A stretch of 64,000 nucleotides of DNA from Candidatus Latescibacterota bacterium (GCA_963422735.1 OY730476.1:4832001-4896000); one strand, 5' to 3'; counted from the first letter of the stretch, positions 10,053-20,585 are shown. Program-made: numbers and translations. Notes: generated from the letters alone by a model not told the origin.

Positions 10053-11996
10053 ATGCCCCCAGCCCCCCAGCCCTTCCCCGCAATTCGCCTACCGGCGATG
10101 CTGACTGGCCTTGGGCTTTGCGCCCTGATCGCCGTGGGGTTGCCCTATGGGGAATTCGTAATCAAGGGCACCCGGCTGGGCCTGAGTTCATCGACGCCAG
10201 CGGCTTTTTTTGTGCTCTTCTGTTTGCTCGCGCTGGTGCAACCGCTGCTGGGGCTAGTGCGGCGGCACTGGGCGTTCAATCGCGCCGAACTGCTGCTGAT
10301 TACCGCGATGATGATGCTGGCAACGGCGATTCCATCGCGGGGCTTTACCGGAGCTGCGATCCCCGCCATTTCCAGTGTACTCTATTATGCGACCCCAGAA
10401 AATAACTGGATCGAGCTGCTGATGCCCCACATCCCCACTTGGATGGTCGTCCAAGACGAAGTAGCGATCAAGCAGTTTTACGAGGGGCTACCCCGTGGCG
10501 AATCCATCCCTTGGGGCGCTTGGGTCGAGCCGCTTTTTTGGTGGTTGCTCTTTATGGCCGCTTTCTACCTCGTGCTCATCTGCGCGATGGTGATTATGCG
10601 GCGGCAGTGGATGGACCACGAGCGGTTGCTCTACCCGCTGGTCCAGGTGCCCTTGGGGATGATCGAGGACGGCCCTCGGCCCACCCGCATAAAGCCCTTT
10701 TTGCGCAATCCAATAATGTGGGTTGGCTTTGCGGTGCCGGCGATCCTCAATACGATCAACTCCTTTAGCCACTACTACGAGTTCGCGCCGCGCGTCGATA
10801 TCAACCTGCCGCTAGCCTTGGGACACGACGCGGTTGTCTTGCGCCTGCGGCTCAACTACCTGATGATGGGCCTAGCCTATTTTATCAACACCGGCATCTC
10901 CGGCAGCTTGTGGTTTTTCTATCTGTTGGCCAAAGCCCAAGAATGGGCCTGCTCGACGCTGGGCGTCTTCACTACCGAACAGCTCGACGCCTTCAGTCAC
11001 GCCGGCCCCACCACGGGCATGTTGAGCCATCAGAGCATGGGCGCGATGATTATGCTGGTCGTCCTAGGGCTGTGGGCGGCACGCGGGCATCTAAAGGCCG
11101 TGTGGCAGCAGGCCCGAGCCGGCGGCAACGCAGCCGGGGAGTTGCTGTCCTACCGGACGGCCTTGATCGGCTTGGCGGGCGGCCTCGTGGTCATGGGCTT
11201 GTGGCTGTGGCAGACGGGATTGCCTTGGTGGGCGGTGGTGCTGTTTCTCGGCGCGGCATTCGCCCTCTTTTTCGCTCTCACTCGCGTGATTGTCGAAGCC
11301 GGTCTCTCGTCGGCTGTGGAGGGGCTTTCGGGCGCGGGCTTTGTGGTCTCGGGCGTCGGCTCGACAGCGCTGGGGGCGACGGGGATGATGGCGTTGGGCT
11401 TTACCCTCGCTTGGGCGGGCGATCTGCTGGTCTTTATGATGGCCCCCTGCGCCAACGGTATCCGCATGTTGCACGGCCTAAAGGTCGGGCGGCGCGTCTT
11501 GGCAATGCTAACGGCGGCGCTGGTCATCGGCCTTTTGGGTTCCATCTATGCGACCCTGAACTTGGGCTACCAGTACGGGGCGCTCAACCTGCACCGGCAG
11601 TATTTCTCCGGGCTTTTCGCCTTGGAGCCTTTTCGCTTTGCCGCTCGCTTCATCGAGACGCCGACCGGTCCCTACTGGCTAGGATGGCTCTGGAACGGGG
11701 TGGGGGCCGCGGTCATGGCGCTCTTGCTGTGGGCGCGCCACCACTTGTTGTGGTGGCCTTTGCATCCCATAGGCTACGTGGCCAGCGGCACTTGGATCCT
11801 CGGCAACATCTGGTTTAGCATCTTTCTCGCTTGGCTGATTAAGTCCTTCGTTTTGAAGTACATGGGGCCAAGCGGCTACCGCTCGACGCGCTGGTTCTTT
11901 TTGGGGGTAATTCTCGGGCAATTCGCTTCGGGCGGAGCGTGGCTGGTCGTGGATGGCTTCACCGGCATGACGGGCAACGTGATCCGCATGTATTAG
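10053..11996 (+). CDS. DUF6785/DUF6784-type polytopic membrane protein (putative OPT-like transporter)
   Basis: 647 aa with many TM segments; RRQWMDHERLLYPL and WWPLHPIGY motifs typical of the family. Confidence 0.75.
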   Translation: MPPAPQPFPAIRLPAMLTGLGLCALIAVGLPYGEFVIKGTRLGLSSSTPAAFFVLFCLLALVQPLLGLVRRHWAFNRAELLLITAMMMLATAIPSRGFTGAAIPAISSVLYYATPENNWIELLMPHIPTWMVVQDEVAIKQFYEGLPRGESIPWGAWVEPLFWWLLFMAAFYLVLICAMVIMRRQWMDHERLLYPLVQVPLGMIEDGPRPTRIKPFLRNPIMWVGFAVPAILNTINSFSHYYEFAPRVDINLPLALGHDAVVLRLRLNYLMMGLAYFINTGISGSLWFFYLLAKAQEWACSTLGVFTTEQLDAFSHAGPTTGMLSHQSMGAMIMLVVLGLWAARGHLKAVWQQARAGGNAAGELLSYRTALIGLAGGLVVMGLWLWQTGLPWWAVVLFLGAAFALFFALTRVIVEAGLSSAVEGLSGAGFVVSGVGSTALGATGMMALGFTLAWAGDLLVFMMAPCANGIRMLHGLKVGRRVLAMLTAALVIGLLGSIYATLNLGYQYGALNLHRQYFSGLFALEPFRFAARFIETPTGPYWLGWLWNGVGAAVMALLLWARHHLLWWPLHPIGYVASGTWILGNIWFSIFLAWLIKSFVLKYMGPSGYRSTRWFFLGVILGQFASGGAWLVVDGFTGMTGNVIRMY

Positions 11997-12020
11997 TAGG
12001 GGCGACCCTTGTGGTCGCCC
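11996..12020 (+). repeat. GTAG-family REP palindrome
   Basis: GTAG followed by GGGCGACC-CTTGT-GGTCGCCC hairpin. Confidence 0.75.
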
Positions 12021-12133
12021 GTTATTTAGACAAGCTCAGGCATGAGGAAACCAAAGAAAAGGAGCAAAAGCACTGGGAGGGATATGCCCGCAAGCCGGTT
12101 CAATCAGGCGAATTTAGCCCTTGGGAAGATTCT
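12021..12133 (+). pseudogene. 3' fragment of a small RHH/CopG-type antitoxin-like gene
   Basis: RYLDKLRHEETKEKEQKHWEGYARKPVQSGEFSPWED resembles C-termini of such antitoxins; no start codon. Confidence 0.35.
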
Positions 12134-12345
12134 TCAAGCGGAACAATTTTGCGAGGTATAGGCCGGGTTGACGGCGGCTACGATCCTACCAGCCTCTTCC
12201 GCTTTGTAGATCAAGCACTGCCGAAACTGCGACCATGCAGCATCGGAAATGGATTTGGCAAGGCAATGATTATGCACCATACCATTGATCGAAAGGCCTT
12301 CTACGGCAATCAGGCCGAAGCGATTGACCAGCCGACTTGGAGGCA
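12134..12345 (-). mobile_element. tnpB: IS200/IS605-family tnpB remnant (RuvC-II to start of zinc finger)
   Basis: LIAVEGLSINGMVHNHCLAKSISDAAWSQFRQCLIYKAEEAGRIVAAVNPAYTSQNCSA then stop; both ends missing. Confidence 0.85.
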
Positions 12346-12554
12346 ATTTTTTGAGGTTCGCTCCCATCGAGGTTTGCCCGCCAGATTGGGTAGTCCGGCC
12401 AGGCCCACCACCATATACGGTTCTCGTCTGCATCCAAGACAAAGGACGAAATACGTTTATTCATCGGAGCAGGAGCAATTTCTTCTTCTCCACTCCCGTC
12501 TAACCTTGCCCGCCAGACATCTGTCGATCTCCGGGTAGCTTGCAACATGTACAT
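12346..12554 (-). pseudogene. Fragment of an LDL-receptor class B (YWTD-like) beta-propeller protein
   Basis: Two W-RA(R/N)LDGS repeats with DADENRIWW between them; fused to the tnpB remnant. Confidence 0.6.
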
Positions 12555-12733
12555 CCAAGGTAAAACCCTCAGCTCGGATGCTTTGGTCTTCCGGGGCGGA
12601 ATATTAATGGCTCGATATTGATCCCGTCGAAGTTGGCTCGATACCGCTGAGACCGCTGAGCAAAGACTTCATAAGTCCATGAGGGTATAGAGCGTCCACA
12701 AGGGGAAGCCCTGGTGTCCCTACATCCCCGACG

Positions 12734-12987
12734 TTACTGGAGCTTATACAGAATCACGCCGATGGTCGACAGCCAACTGGTGAACAACAGGCCGAGAAAC
12801 CAATTCATGCGCCGGTCGAGGCTCTCGATTTTGCGTTCAACAGCGTCGATCTGGGCGGCGGTGTTTTTCTTCAAGCTCTCGATTTTGTATTCAACGATGT
12901 CAAAGCGGCGGTCATTTTGCTCAATGAGCGTTTCCAAGCGGGCTAAGGTGATGTCGGTTGGTGAACTTTGGTTTCAAACTCGTTCAT
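12734..12987 (-). CDS. Small coiled-coil protein with C-terminal TM anchor (DUF1640/CCDC90-like); probable 1-nt frameshift near 12957
   Basis: ORF 12734..12937 has heptads (KIESL twice) plus a hydrophobic tail. An upstream RBS+ATG at 12987 (MNEFETKVHQ) is one base out of frame. Confidence 0.55.
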
Positions 12988-13151
12988 CTACGTCCCCCTT
13001 TCGAGTGCACGGACGGGCCGATCTCGTCCGTCGGGAATATAAAAGCCGTGCTCCTCATGCCAAAGGGACGGCCCCTATATTCCCACAATACTCTACTAAA
13101 GCTGCAAATAAAACCAAGAATTACATACAGTTAGTCATGTTGGTAAAAAAC

Positions 13152-13180
13152 TTGACACTCGCCTAGCCGTTGATTAAATC
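13152..13180 (+). promoter_or_regulatory. Putative sigma-70 promoter for the envelope operon
   Basis: TTGACA, 16-17 bp, T(T)AAAT, with an AT-rich upstream tract. Confidence 0.45.
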
Positions 13181-13187
13181 AAACAGC

Positions 13188-14825
13188 ATGTTTATCGCTA
13201 CTCCCCGCTCCCTGTGGTGCGCTATCGCCCTCTTGGCCCTGTTTGGCTGCGAGCCAGACGACACCGTCGTGGCCCAAGTCGGCGATGTGGCCCTCACCAA
13301 GGCCGCGTATCTGCGCTTTGTCGAACGCTTGCCGCCCGGGTTGCAGAGCGAATCCGCGCGTGACCACCTACAGTCTCTCGTCGATCAGGAGTTGCTGCTG
13401 CAAGAGGCCCGCGCTAGGGGGATCGAGCAAGGCGACGCGGTCCGCTATCAGCTAAACGCTCTCGTCCGCAAGCAGCTCTCCCAGCGCTACCAAGCCGAAG
13501 TACTCGCTCCCCAAGTTGAGGTGACGCCAGAAGAAGTCGAGCGCACTTTCGTCGATATGGGCTTTGACCGCGAGCGGCTGTTTGCACGGATTCTGGTGCG
13601 GCAGCAGCCAGATGTGGACCGCGTATTACAGGCCCTGCACGCGGGCGAGCCTTTCGCCAAATTAGCGCAGCGCTTTGCGGCCAACGATCTTTTCGCCCAA
13701 CAGGGCGATGGAGTCGTCGGTTGGATTGGACGCACTCAAGCGCAGCGCTTTGCCATTCCGCCGCAGACCTTCCTCGCCCTACCGGTCGGCCAAATCGCCG
13801 AGCCGCTGCCGCTGGCGGGCGGCTGGCAGATCTATCGCTTTGTCGAAGACCGACCGGCCGACAAGACCGACTACGCGCAAGAAGCCGCCAGCGCAGCGCA
13901 CCGCGAAAAGTGGCAGAGTCTTCTGCAAATCGAAGTGGAAACTCTGAGCCGCTCCTTGGGCCTACAGCTAAACTGCGAAGGCCTGCAAGCCTTGCTGGCT
14001 GAGCCGAACCCCACCGGCCCGCGTGCCGCGCTTCCCCTCTACCGCTTTGATGGCGGGGCGATTTCTTTGGGCGAATACCTCTACAACCTGCGCTCGATCG
14101 GCTTCCGCGCCGCCCTGCAAGACAGCGCGCAGGTCGTCTCGTTGGCCCGCGCTTCGCTCTTGCCAGCCTATCTGATGGCGGCGGCGGCCCAGCGGCGCGG
14201 ATGGGATCAAGAGGCCGAATTTGCGGAGTGGCACGAGCGCAAGCGGAAAGCCCTCGTTTTGCAGCAACTCACCAAGGCAGAAACCGCGACAAAGGTCGCC
14301 CCCAGCGAAGCGGAAATCGCTGCGTACTACGAGGCAAACAAGACGCGCTTCCGCACGGCCGAATCCGTCCACATCAACCATCTCCTCGCGCCCACCCGCG
14401 AACAGGCCGAGGAGTTGCACAAAGCCCTCGCAAATGGCAGCACCGTCGCCGAGCTGTTGGCCCGGCCGGGCGTCGAAACGTTCCACTCGCCGACCGAGCG
14501 GTCGGGGACAACCCACGGCGATCCGCACGACGACGGAGCGCTGCACCTGCGCAAGGTGGTGCGGGCGCGCTACCCCCAGCTTGTGGACGCGGCCTTTGCT
14601 GCGGAGATTGGCGAATGGGACGGGCCAGTGGAGGTGCTGGACCGCTTTGCCGTGTTCCGAGTGCGCCACAAGGAAGGCGGCGACATCCAACCCTTCGCCC
14701 AAGCGCGAACGCAAGTGCGGGCCATCTTGGAATCAAGGCGTCGGGACGAGCTTATGGACGCACTCATACAACGCCTGCGTACCGAGCGCGGAAGCCAAGT
14801 CGCCTTATTCGCCGAGCGCCTGTAA
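13188..14825 (+). CDS. Peptidyl-prolyl cis-trans isomerase lipoprotein (SurA/PrsA-like, two PpiC domains)
   Basis: Lipobox LFGC, VVAQVG, L.SLVDQELLLQEA, GEPFAKLAQRF...G.VGWI, AEIAAYYEANKTRF. Confidence 0.85.
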   Translation: MFIATPRSLWCAIALLALFGCEPDDTVVAQVGDVALTKAAYLRFVERLPPGLQSESARDHLQSLVDQELLLQEARARGIEQGDAVRYQLNALVRKQLSQRYQAEVLAPQVEVTPEEVERTFVDMGFDRERLFARILVRQQPDVDRVLQALHAGEPFAKLAQRFAANDLFAQQGDGVVGWIGRTQAQRFAIPPQTFLALPVGQIAEPLPLAGGWQIYRFVEDRPADKTDYAQEAASAAHREKWQSLLQIEVETLSRSLGLQLNCEGLQALLAEPNPTGPRAALPLYRFDGGAISLGEYLYNLRSIGFRAALQDSAQVVSLARASLLPAYLMAAAAQRRGWDQEAEFAEWHERKRKALVLQQLTKAETATKVAPSEAEIAAYYEANKTRFRTAESVHINHLLAPTREQAEELHKALANGSTVAELLARPGVETFHSPTERSGTTHGDPHDDGALHLRKVVRARYPQLVDAAFAAEIGEWDGPVEVLDRFAVFRVRHKEGGDIQPFAQARTQVRAILESRRRDELMDALIQRLRTERGSQVALFAERL

Positions 14826-14837
14826 GGAGGTGCTATC

Positions 14838-17800
14838 GTGGTAAGAACCAGATGGGGTGTCCTCGCCTACTGCCTGTTGTGGGCATGGCTGCCGGCCAGC
14901 GCACAGCAAGGGTACGACATTGTCGATGACCGCATTGTCGTGGCCGGGCGCAGCCACTGGGAGCACTGGAAAAAACCCGAACACCTAACCGCTATCGACA
15001 GCGAGGGAGCGGTACGTCCGCGGCATCTGCGCTCGATCTACAACGTCCTCGCCGATCCCAGTATAGCCCGTCCGGTCGTGATCACCAACAAAGACCCGCG
15101 CATCCTCAATGTGGATAGCACTCTGAAAGTCGATGTGCTCGGCCAACCCGTCCAAGACGCCCAGAAAAAGTTCGTGTACGACTATCTGGTGCGGCCCGGA
15201 GTCAGCCGCGCCGGCTCCAACATCGAGATGGCGGCCCACATCGTCGACGGCGATCCGACCACCTTCTGGGAACCAGACCCGGACGACCCCATTGAGCGGT
15301 GGTGGGTCGAGGTCGATCTGGGCCGCGCCGTGCCCGTGGAGGGCATTTCCGTGCGCTTCGTCGAAGAGGGGCTGGGCGATCCGTTCTTCAAGTACCTCCT
15401 CCTCTTAGCACCCAATCAGACGCTATCGCTTACCGACGACCGCAAGGTCAACTTCGAGTTGTTCGTCCCCCACGAAGGCCCCAATACCCAGCAGCGCGCC
15501 TTCTTCTTTCAAAGTACAGCCGCAACCGGAGGTGCCACCCTTGCGACACCGGTCAACCCCGGCCTCGTGGTTGACTCCGGCGGCATTAGCAGTGTCAAGA
15601 AACTGCACCAAAACAGCGCCGACCCGGCCTGGACTGGCAAGATCATCGAAACCATCCGCATCGTAATAACCGACACGCGCGGCGGGCGGGCCGAGCAAAT
15701 TGACCAAGCTACGTGGGAGGTGCTGCCGGCGCATGAACGCGGCGACATCGTCCACTTCGTGCGCGACTTTGCCGGCCGCGAAGAGCCAGTGGACGCCGGG
15801 ACCTACGAATCCTTGGAGGAGGAGCGCCGCGGCCGCAGGGAATTCTACCGTAGGGAATTGCCGCGCTTGGCCGAGGTCGAGGCCTGGGGCTGGGGAGACA
15901 ACATCGGCCTCGGCCTAGTCGGCGGCGGCGGCTCCTTGGACCTGACCTCGGCTGGCAAGACGCCCGGGCCGGCCTTTGACGGGGACATCGGCAGCAGTTA
16001 TCAGCAACCCACCCAAGACCCCCTCAACCCAGGTGCCAACGTGCTGACTATCGACATTGGCGGCACAGTGTGGTTGGACCAGGTCCGCGTCATTGGCGGC
16101 AACATCCGCGGCTACCAGATGCGGTCGTCCACCGGGGAACGCGACGCCCAAGGCAAGCTGCGCTGGCGTGCGATCACCCCGCCGGAGCGGGTAACCAATG
16201 TCGATAACGGATTCTTTGGGTACCTCAACGATGTGCAGGATCCCGTGCGCAAGGTGCGCTTCCTCGACCTGTTGACGCTGGCCAACTTCATCGGCGACAC
16301 CCAAAACCGCACCGACCGCTTCTGGTCTCGCTTCAGCGAGCTGATGCTCCTTGCCGAAGGCGTGCCCGCGGAAATCGCGCTGGAGTCCGGCCTAATCGAG
16401 TTGCCCGGGCTGGTGACCTTGGGCGCAATTAGCTGGGAAGCCAACACGCCGCCGGGCACCAAAGTCGAGCTTCGCACCCGCACCGGCAGCCAGCTCATCC
16501 AGCAGGTGCGCTTCTACGACAGCAATGGCATCGAAAAGACTGCGGCCGAGCACAAGAAGCTCCTCGCCTTCCTCAAAGGGCCGATCGACACATCCTTCGC
16601 CATAGGCCCGGGCTGGAGTGCTTGGAGCCAGCAGTACCAGCAGTCCGGCGACCCAGTAACGTCGCCCAGCCTGCGCAGGTTCATGCAAATCCAGGCCCGC
16701 CTGCTCAGCGAGGACCGCCAGATCGAACCAGCGCTAGAGAGCATCTCCGTAGGGTTGCATACCCCCGTCGCCCTTGGGCTGCAAGCCGAAGTCTGGCCGC
16801 CCGAGGCCCAAGTGGGGGTGCTAGACACTTTCGAGGTCTTCGTCCAACCCCATTTCCTAGAACGGCCCTTCTCAATCCGCAGCCTCGGGTTCGACGAGAT
16901 GCTCATCAGTGCCGATCCAGGCCTCGATATGCAGCTTATTGATGTGGCAATAGGCACCGAGGAGCTGTTTGCATCTGGAAATGTCCAGCGACTTGCCGAC
17001 ATCGCGGGGGAGCAAGGCGACTCGCTCCTAGTGCGCCTCCCGGAGGTCGCCCACAGCGCTACCGACGAATTGCAGCAGCTATACTTCCGCACGGCTGCCG
17101 ATGGCGAGGAAGTGCCCACCAGCATCGACGGTCAGCTCCTGACGGCGACCTCGCACGCTTTGCTCCCAGACGCGGTGCGCGGCGCGGTGCGCTACTTCCG
17201 CAGTGCCGGAGAGGACCTAGTGGAAGTCGATCAAGCGGCCTACGAGGAGCTGCCACCCGAGTCCCAAGGGCCCGTGCGCTACTTCCGCAAGGTCGTCGGT
17301 TTGGGTAGCCAGACGCTTTTCGACGAGGCCGGCGACACGCTCAGCGCGGCCCAATACAACCGGCTGGGCCGCGCCAGAGGATGGGTCGTCGGTCGCGGCC
17401 GACTCGTGCGCCTGCGCTTTGCGTCCCAAGTCTTCCTCCACGGCACCAAGCTGAAGGTGGCGGTGCGCAACCAAGCGGCTAGCACGCCCTATCAGCCTGC
17501 TGATGCTGGCGACGCCACCGCGCTGCGACCGTCGCAAACTCTGTCGATCGCCGCGCTCGGTGCCCAGCAGATCGTCGCCAACCTCTCGGTCGCACCCAAT
17601 CCCTTCACGCCCAACGGCGACCTCGTAAACGACATCGCCCAAATCGAGTTTTCGCTGTTCAAAGTCTATGCCGAGCGGCCAGTCGCCGTCCGCATTTGGG
17701 CACTCGATGGCCGACCCATGCGCCGGCTAGAGGGCGCTGCCCAGGGCGGTCACCAGCGCTTTACTTGGGATGGGAAGGACGACCGCGGCCGCGTCGTGCC

Positions 17801-17894
17801 GCCCGGACTCTACATCTGCCAGGTCGACGTAGAAACCGACTTAGAAGACCGCGCCGGACAACGGCGATCCCACCTTATCGCGGTAGCCTATTAG
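14838..17894 (+). CDS. Secreted 1018-aa protein: discoidin/F5-8C-like domains plus C-terminal FlgD-Ig (NPFTPNGD) domain; paralog 1
   Basis: Signal peptide; VDGDPTTFW...WWVEVDLG; APNPFTPNGD..ND, WDGKDDRG.VVPPGLY; ends VAY; AAGGAGG RBS. Confidence 0.75.
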   Translation: MVRTRWGVLAYCLLWAWLPASAQQGYDIVDDRIVVAGRSHWEHWKKPEHLTAIDSEGAVRPRHLRSIYNVLADPSIARPVVITNKDPRILNVDSTLKVDVLGQPVQDAQKKFVYDYLVRPGVSRAGSNIEMAAHIVDGDPTTFWEPDPDDPIERWWVEVDLGRAVPVEGISVRFVEEGLGDPFFKYLLLLAPNQTLSLTDDRKVNFELFVPHEGPNTQQRAFFFQSTAATGGATLATPVNPGLVVDSGGISSVKKLHQNSADPAWTGKIIETIRIVITDTRGGRAEQIDQATWEVLPAHERGDIVHFVRDFAGREEPVDAGTYESLEEERRGRREFYRRELPRLAEVEAWGWGDNIGLGLVGGGGSLDLTSAGKTPGPAFDGDIGSSYQQPTQDPLNPGANVLTIDIGGTVWLDQVRVIGGNIRGYQMRSSTGERDAQGKLRWRAITPPERVTNVDNGFFGYLNDVQDPVRKVRFLDLLTLANFIGDTQNRTDRFWSRFSELMLLAEGVPAEIALESGLIELPGLVTLGAISWEANTPPGTKVELRTRTGSQLIQQVRFYDSNGIEKTAAEHKKLLAFLKGPIDTSFAIGPGWSAWSQQYQQSGDPVTSPSLRRFMQIQARLLSEDRQIEPALESISVGLHTPVALGLQAEVWPPEAQVGVLDTFEVFVQPHFLERPFSIRSLGFDEMLISADPGLDMQLIDVAIGTEELFASGNVQRLADIAGEQGDSLLVRLPEVAHSATDELQQLYFRTAADGEEVPTSIDGQLLTATSHALLPDAVRGAVRYFRSAGEDLVEVDQAAYEELPPESQGPVRYFRKVVGLGSQTLFDEAGDTLSAAQYNRLGRARGWVVGRGRLVRLRFASQVFLHGTKLKVAVRNQAASTPYQPADAGDATALRPSQTLSIAALGAQQIVANLSVAPNPFTPNGDLVNDIAQIEFSLFKVYAERPVAVRIWALDGRPMRRLEGAAQGGHQRFTWDGKDDRGRVVPPGLYICQVDVETDLEDRAGQRRSHLIAVAY

Positions 17895-17912
17895 GGGCGA
17901 AAAGAGAGTGCC

Positions 17913-20582
17913 ATGTACCCTGTTGCCATTAGAATGAGCATCGTTTTGCTACTCGTCGCCGCCGGAGCAGCCCAAGAGGCAGCCGGCCAAGTCGATTACA
18001 GCTCGCGCCTAGGGCTGCAACAGGGCGACGAGACTTCCTTTGCGCCCCAAGGGCCGGACGTCATGCTCGGCGTCCTCGATCCAGCGGTGCGCCGCTGGTA
18101 CGTGCCGCAGGAGCTGTACAAAGAGTACCACTGGCGCCAATGGCAGTACACCAACTACGCCCGCAACCCCTACCAGCGCTACGTCGATATTAGCCTCGAA
18201 GGCGACTATTTCTACGACCTGTACGGCAATTTTCTCACCCGGGGCTGGTTGATCTTCAACAACTCCCAGAGCAAGCCCCAGCAGTTCGGCAACTCGCTCC
18301 TCAAGTCCAACCGCTTCCAACAGTGGTTTTCCGACGTGGTCATCGCCTCAGACGCCAAGGGTCAATACTTCTACACCTTGACGACCAGCGCACAGATGCG
18401 CTCGGTGATCTCGCCGATGGTTTTTTCCAAGCCGCGCATGGACGGCGTGCAGTTCGACCTCGCCACCGACCACTATGAAGGGACGCTCATCTATTCGCGC
18501 TTGAGCAATCCAGGCGGCTCGACTACCGAAGACCAAGAAGTACTCCGCACCAACAACACCACGCTCTTCGGCGGGCGCTTCGCCTACCAGCTCAGCGACG
18601 CCTTGCAATTGGGCCTGCACGCGATCAATGCCCACCAGTCAAACACGCTTTCAGACCGCCTAGTGGGCAACCCGTTTTCCGGTGCCTTGACCGTGTCCCA
18701 AAACAAGACCGTATCGCTGATTCAGATCGTCCTGCGCGACGATTCCCCAGGCGACGAAACGGGCGGCGCCGCCTTCTTTGAGGCCGGCTCGGACATACTG
18801 ATCACCTATGAGGACGGCACCGTCGATGCCGGAAAAGACATCCAGTTTGAGCCGGTCATCGAGGGTGGCTTTGTCCAGCAGGGCTATATCGCCGCCAACG
18901 GCCCCGAGGAAATACGCCTGAGCTACGACTTAGGCAGCCCGGCCTTTGTCGATCGGGCCTCGTTTCCCAAAGAGGACATCGTCAAAGTCGAGTTCCGGCT
19001 GGTGCTAGGCAACGACTACCAGGTCTGGATGACGTCTGACCGCCAAGTCAACCGAGACGGGGAGGCCGTGCTGTTGCTCGTGGCCCAAGCCGACGGCAAC
19101 GTGCAAGACATCACCAATTTGCAGACCGTCCGCTTCGAGTACGGCCTACCGACGGCTACCCACATCTTCGGTGGCAACATCGAACTGCGCGACTACAAGG
19201 GCTTTGACCTGTACGCCGAATACGACCTGAGCGTGAGCTACCGCAAATATCCCAACGTCCTGCGCGACGAGCACCACACTGCATCTGGCATCGGCGGTCG
19301 CCGCCGGGCACCGGCTTGGATGGTGAACGCGTCCAAAAAGGCCGCCCCTTTCTTTGCCTTTGGCGAGGCGTACAGCATGGATCCGCTCTACAATACGCGG
19401 ACCTTCGTCACCACGGGCACGGGCGAAATCAACTACGACAGCGAGCGCGAGGGCATCGTCGAGCTCGTCGAAGACAACGACGACCAAGACCGCTTCCCCG
19501 ACACGGTGCGCTTTGACTGGCTCCAGGGCGATTCCCAAGTCTTCCCGGGCTGGGACCAAAACAACGACTTCGTGCCCGACATCAACCAAAACGACAACTT
19601 CGTGCGCTCCAACGCCGTGCCCGACTACGAAGAGCCTTTCCTCCGCTTCCATTCCGACCGCCCGGAATTCCTCTTCGGGATGGACATGAACAACAACTTC
19701 TGGATCGACCAATACGAAAACGACGAAGAGCCAGATTACCCCTACCGCCGCGACCACCGCGGTTACAATGTGTACGGCGGTGCAGACCTGACGCCGAGGC
19801 TCAAGGTAATGGTCGGTGCGCTGCGCGAGGAGCTCATCTCGTCGAACCAGCAAAACAAGAGTACCTACGCCCTTGTGACGTATGACAACAACTCCCCGCG
19901 CTTCGGGCGCTTGCGCTTCTTTGAAATGAGCAAATTGGTGGAGGACGACATCCCCAATTCTCTCTTGCAGTGGGCGCCGGACAACACCCTGCGCGGCGGC
20001 GAGTTGACCAAGGTCGAAGACCCCTTGCTGGCCCGCGACACCTGGGTCAACCAGCTCTTCGTAGGGCACAACCTGCAGTCGGCCTCCTATCGCGTGCAGA
20101 CCAAAGTGAACTACGTGCGCTTCCGCCAGCTAATGAGCGAAGCCCGCCGCCAGGCCCTAGAGCTAGACGAGCAAGATTTCTTCTTTGGGGTGATCAACAA
20201 GGTCAACTACCGCTATGCCTTGGGCCGGTTGAGCTTGGAACCGCGCTGGAAGAGCGAGTTCCGCAAGCAGTCGCGCAGCCTCTTCGCCCTAGAGCATTCC
20301 ACCAGCCTCTACGAGCTTTTTTCGGCCGTCGTCGAAACCCGCGTGCTGAGAGCCACTCGGATCCAGGCCGGCGTCGAGTACCTGATTTTTAACGATTTCG
20401 ACGTCGATGCCAACGATTTCAATTCCATCACCGGCGCGTTTCAGTTTACCAACCAGTCTCAGTACTTGGGGTACAGCCTCCACGCCCTAGCCGGGCTGCG
20501 CATCGAGCGCTATGACTTTAAAGAGGCTAAGGCGCGGATCACGAGTCAGACCTTTATAACGATCTACGCAGGGTTGGAATAG
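17913..20582 (+). CDS. Putative outer-membrane beta-barrel protein with Asp/Asn-rich insert; paralog 1
   Basis: Signal peptide; alternating aromatic/hydrophobic beta-strand pattern in the C-terminal third, ending TFITIYAGLE; highly similar to 26674..29286. Confidence 0.6.
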   Translation: MYPVAIRMSIVLLLVAAGAAQEAAGQVDYSSRLGLQQGDETSFAPQGPDVMLGVLDPAVRRWYVPQELYKEYHWRQWQYTNYARNPYQRYVDISLEGDYFYDLYGNFLTRGWLIFNNSQSKPQQFGNSLLKSNRFQQWFSDVVIASDAKGQYFYTLTTSAQMRSVISPMVFSKPRMDGVQFDLATDHYEGTLIYSRLSNPGGSTTEDQEVLRTNNTTLFGGRFAYQLSDALQLGLHAINAHQSNTLSDRLVGNPFSGALTVSQNKTVSLIQIVLRDDSPGDETGGAAFFEAGSDILITYEDGTVDAGKDIQFEPVIEGGFVQQGYIAANGPEEIRLSYDLGSPAFVDRASFPKEDIVKVEFRLVLGNDYQVWMTSDRQVNRDGEAVLLLVAQADGNVQDITNLQTVRFEYGLPTATHIFGGNIELRDYKGFDLYAEYDLSVSYRKYPNVLRDEHHTASGIGGRRRAPAWMVNASKKAAPFFAFGEAYSMDPLYNTRTFVTTGTGEINYDSEREGIVELVEDNDDQDRFPDTVRFDWLQGDSQVFPGWDQNNDFVPDINQNDNFVRSNAVPDYEEPFLRFHSDRPEFLFGMDMNNNFWIDQYENDEEPDYPYRRDHRGYNVYGGADLTPRLKVMVGALREELISSNQQNKSTYALVTYDNNSPRFGRLRFFEMSKLVEDDIPNSLLQWAPDNTLRGGELTKVEDPLLARDTWVNQLFVGHNLQSASYRVQTKVNYVRFRQLMSEARRQALELDEQDFFFGVINKVNYRYALGRLSLEPRWKSEFRKQSRSLFALEHSTSLYELFSAVVETRVLRATRIQAGVEYLIFNDFDVDANDFNSITGAFQFTNQSQYLGYSLHALAGLRIERYDFKEAKARITSQTFITIYAGLE

Positions 20583-20585
20583 CGC

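Noticed and set aside
12134-12442. Functional TnpB/Cas12-like nuclease
   Set aside because: Only about 70 codons remain; RuvC-I, RuvC-III and element ends are not visible.
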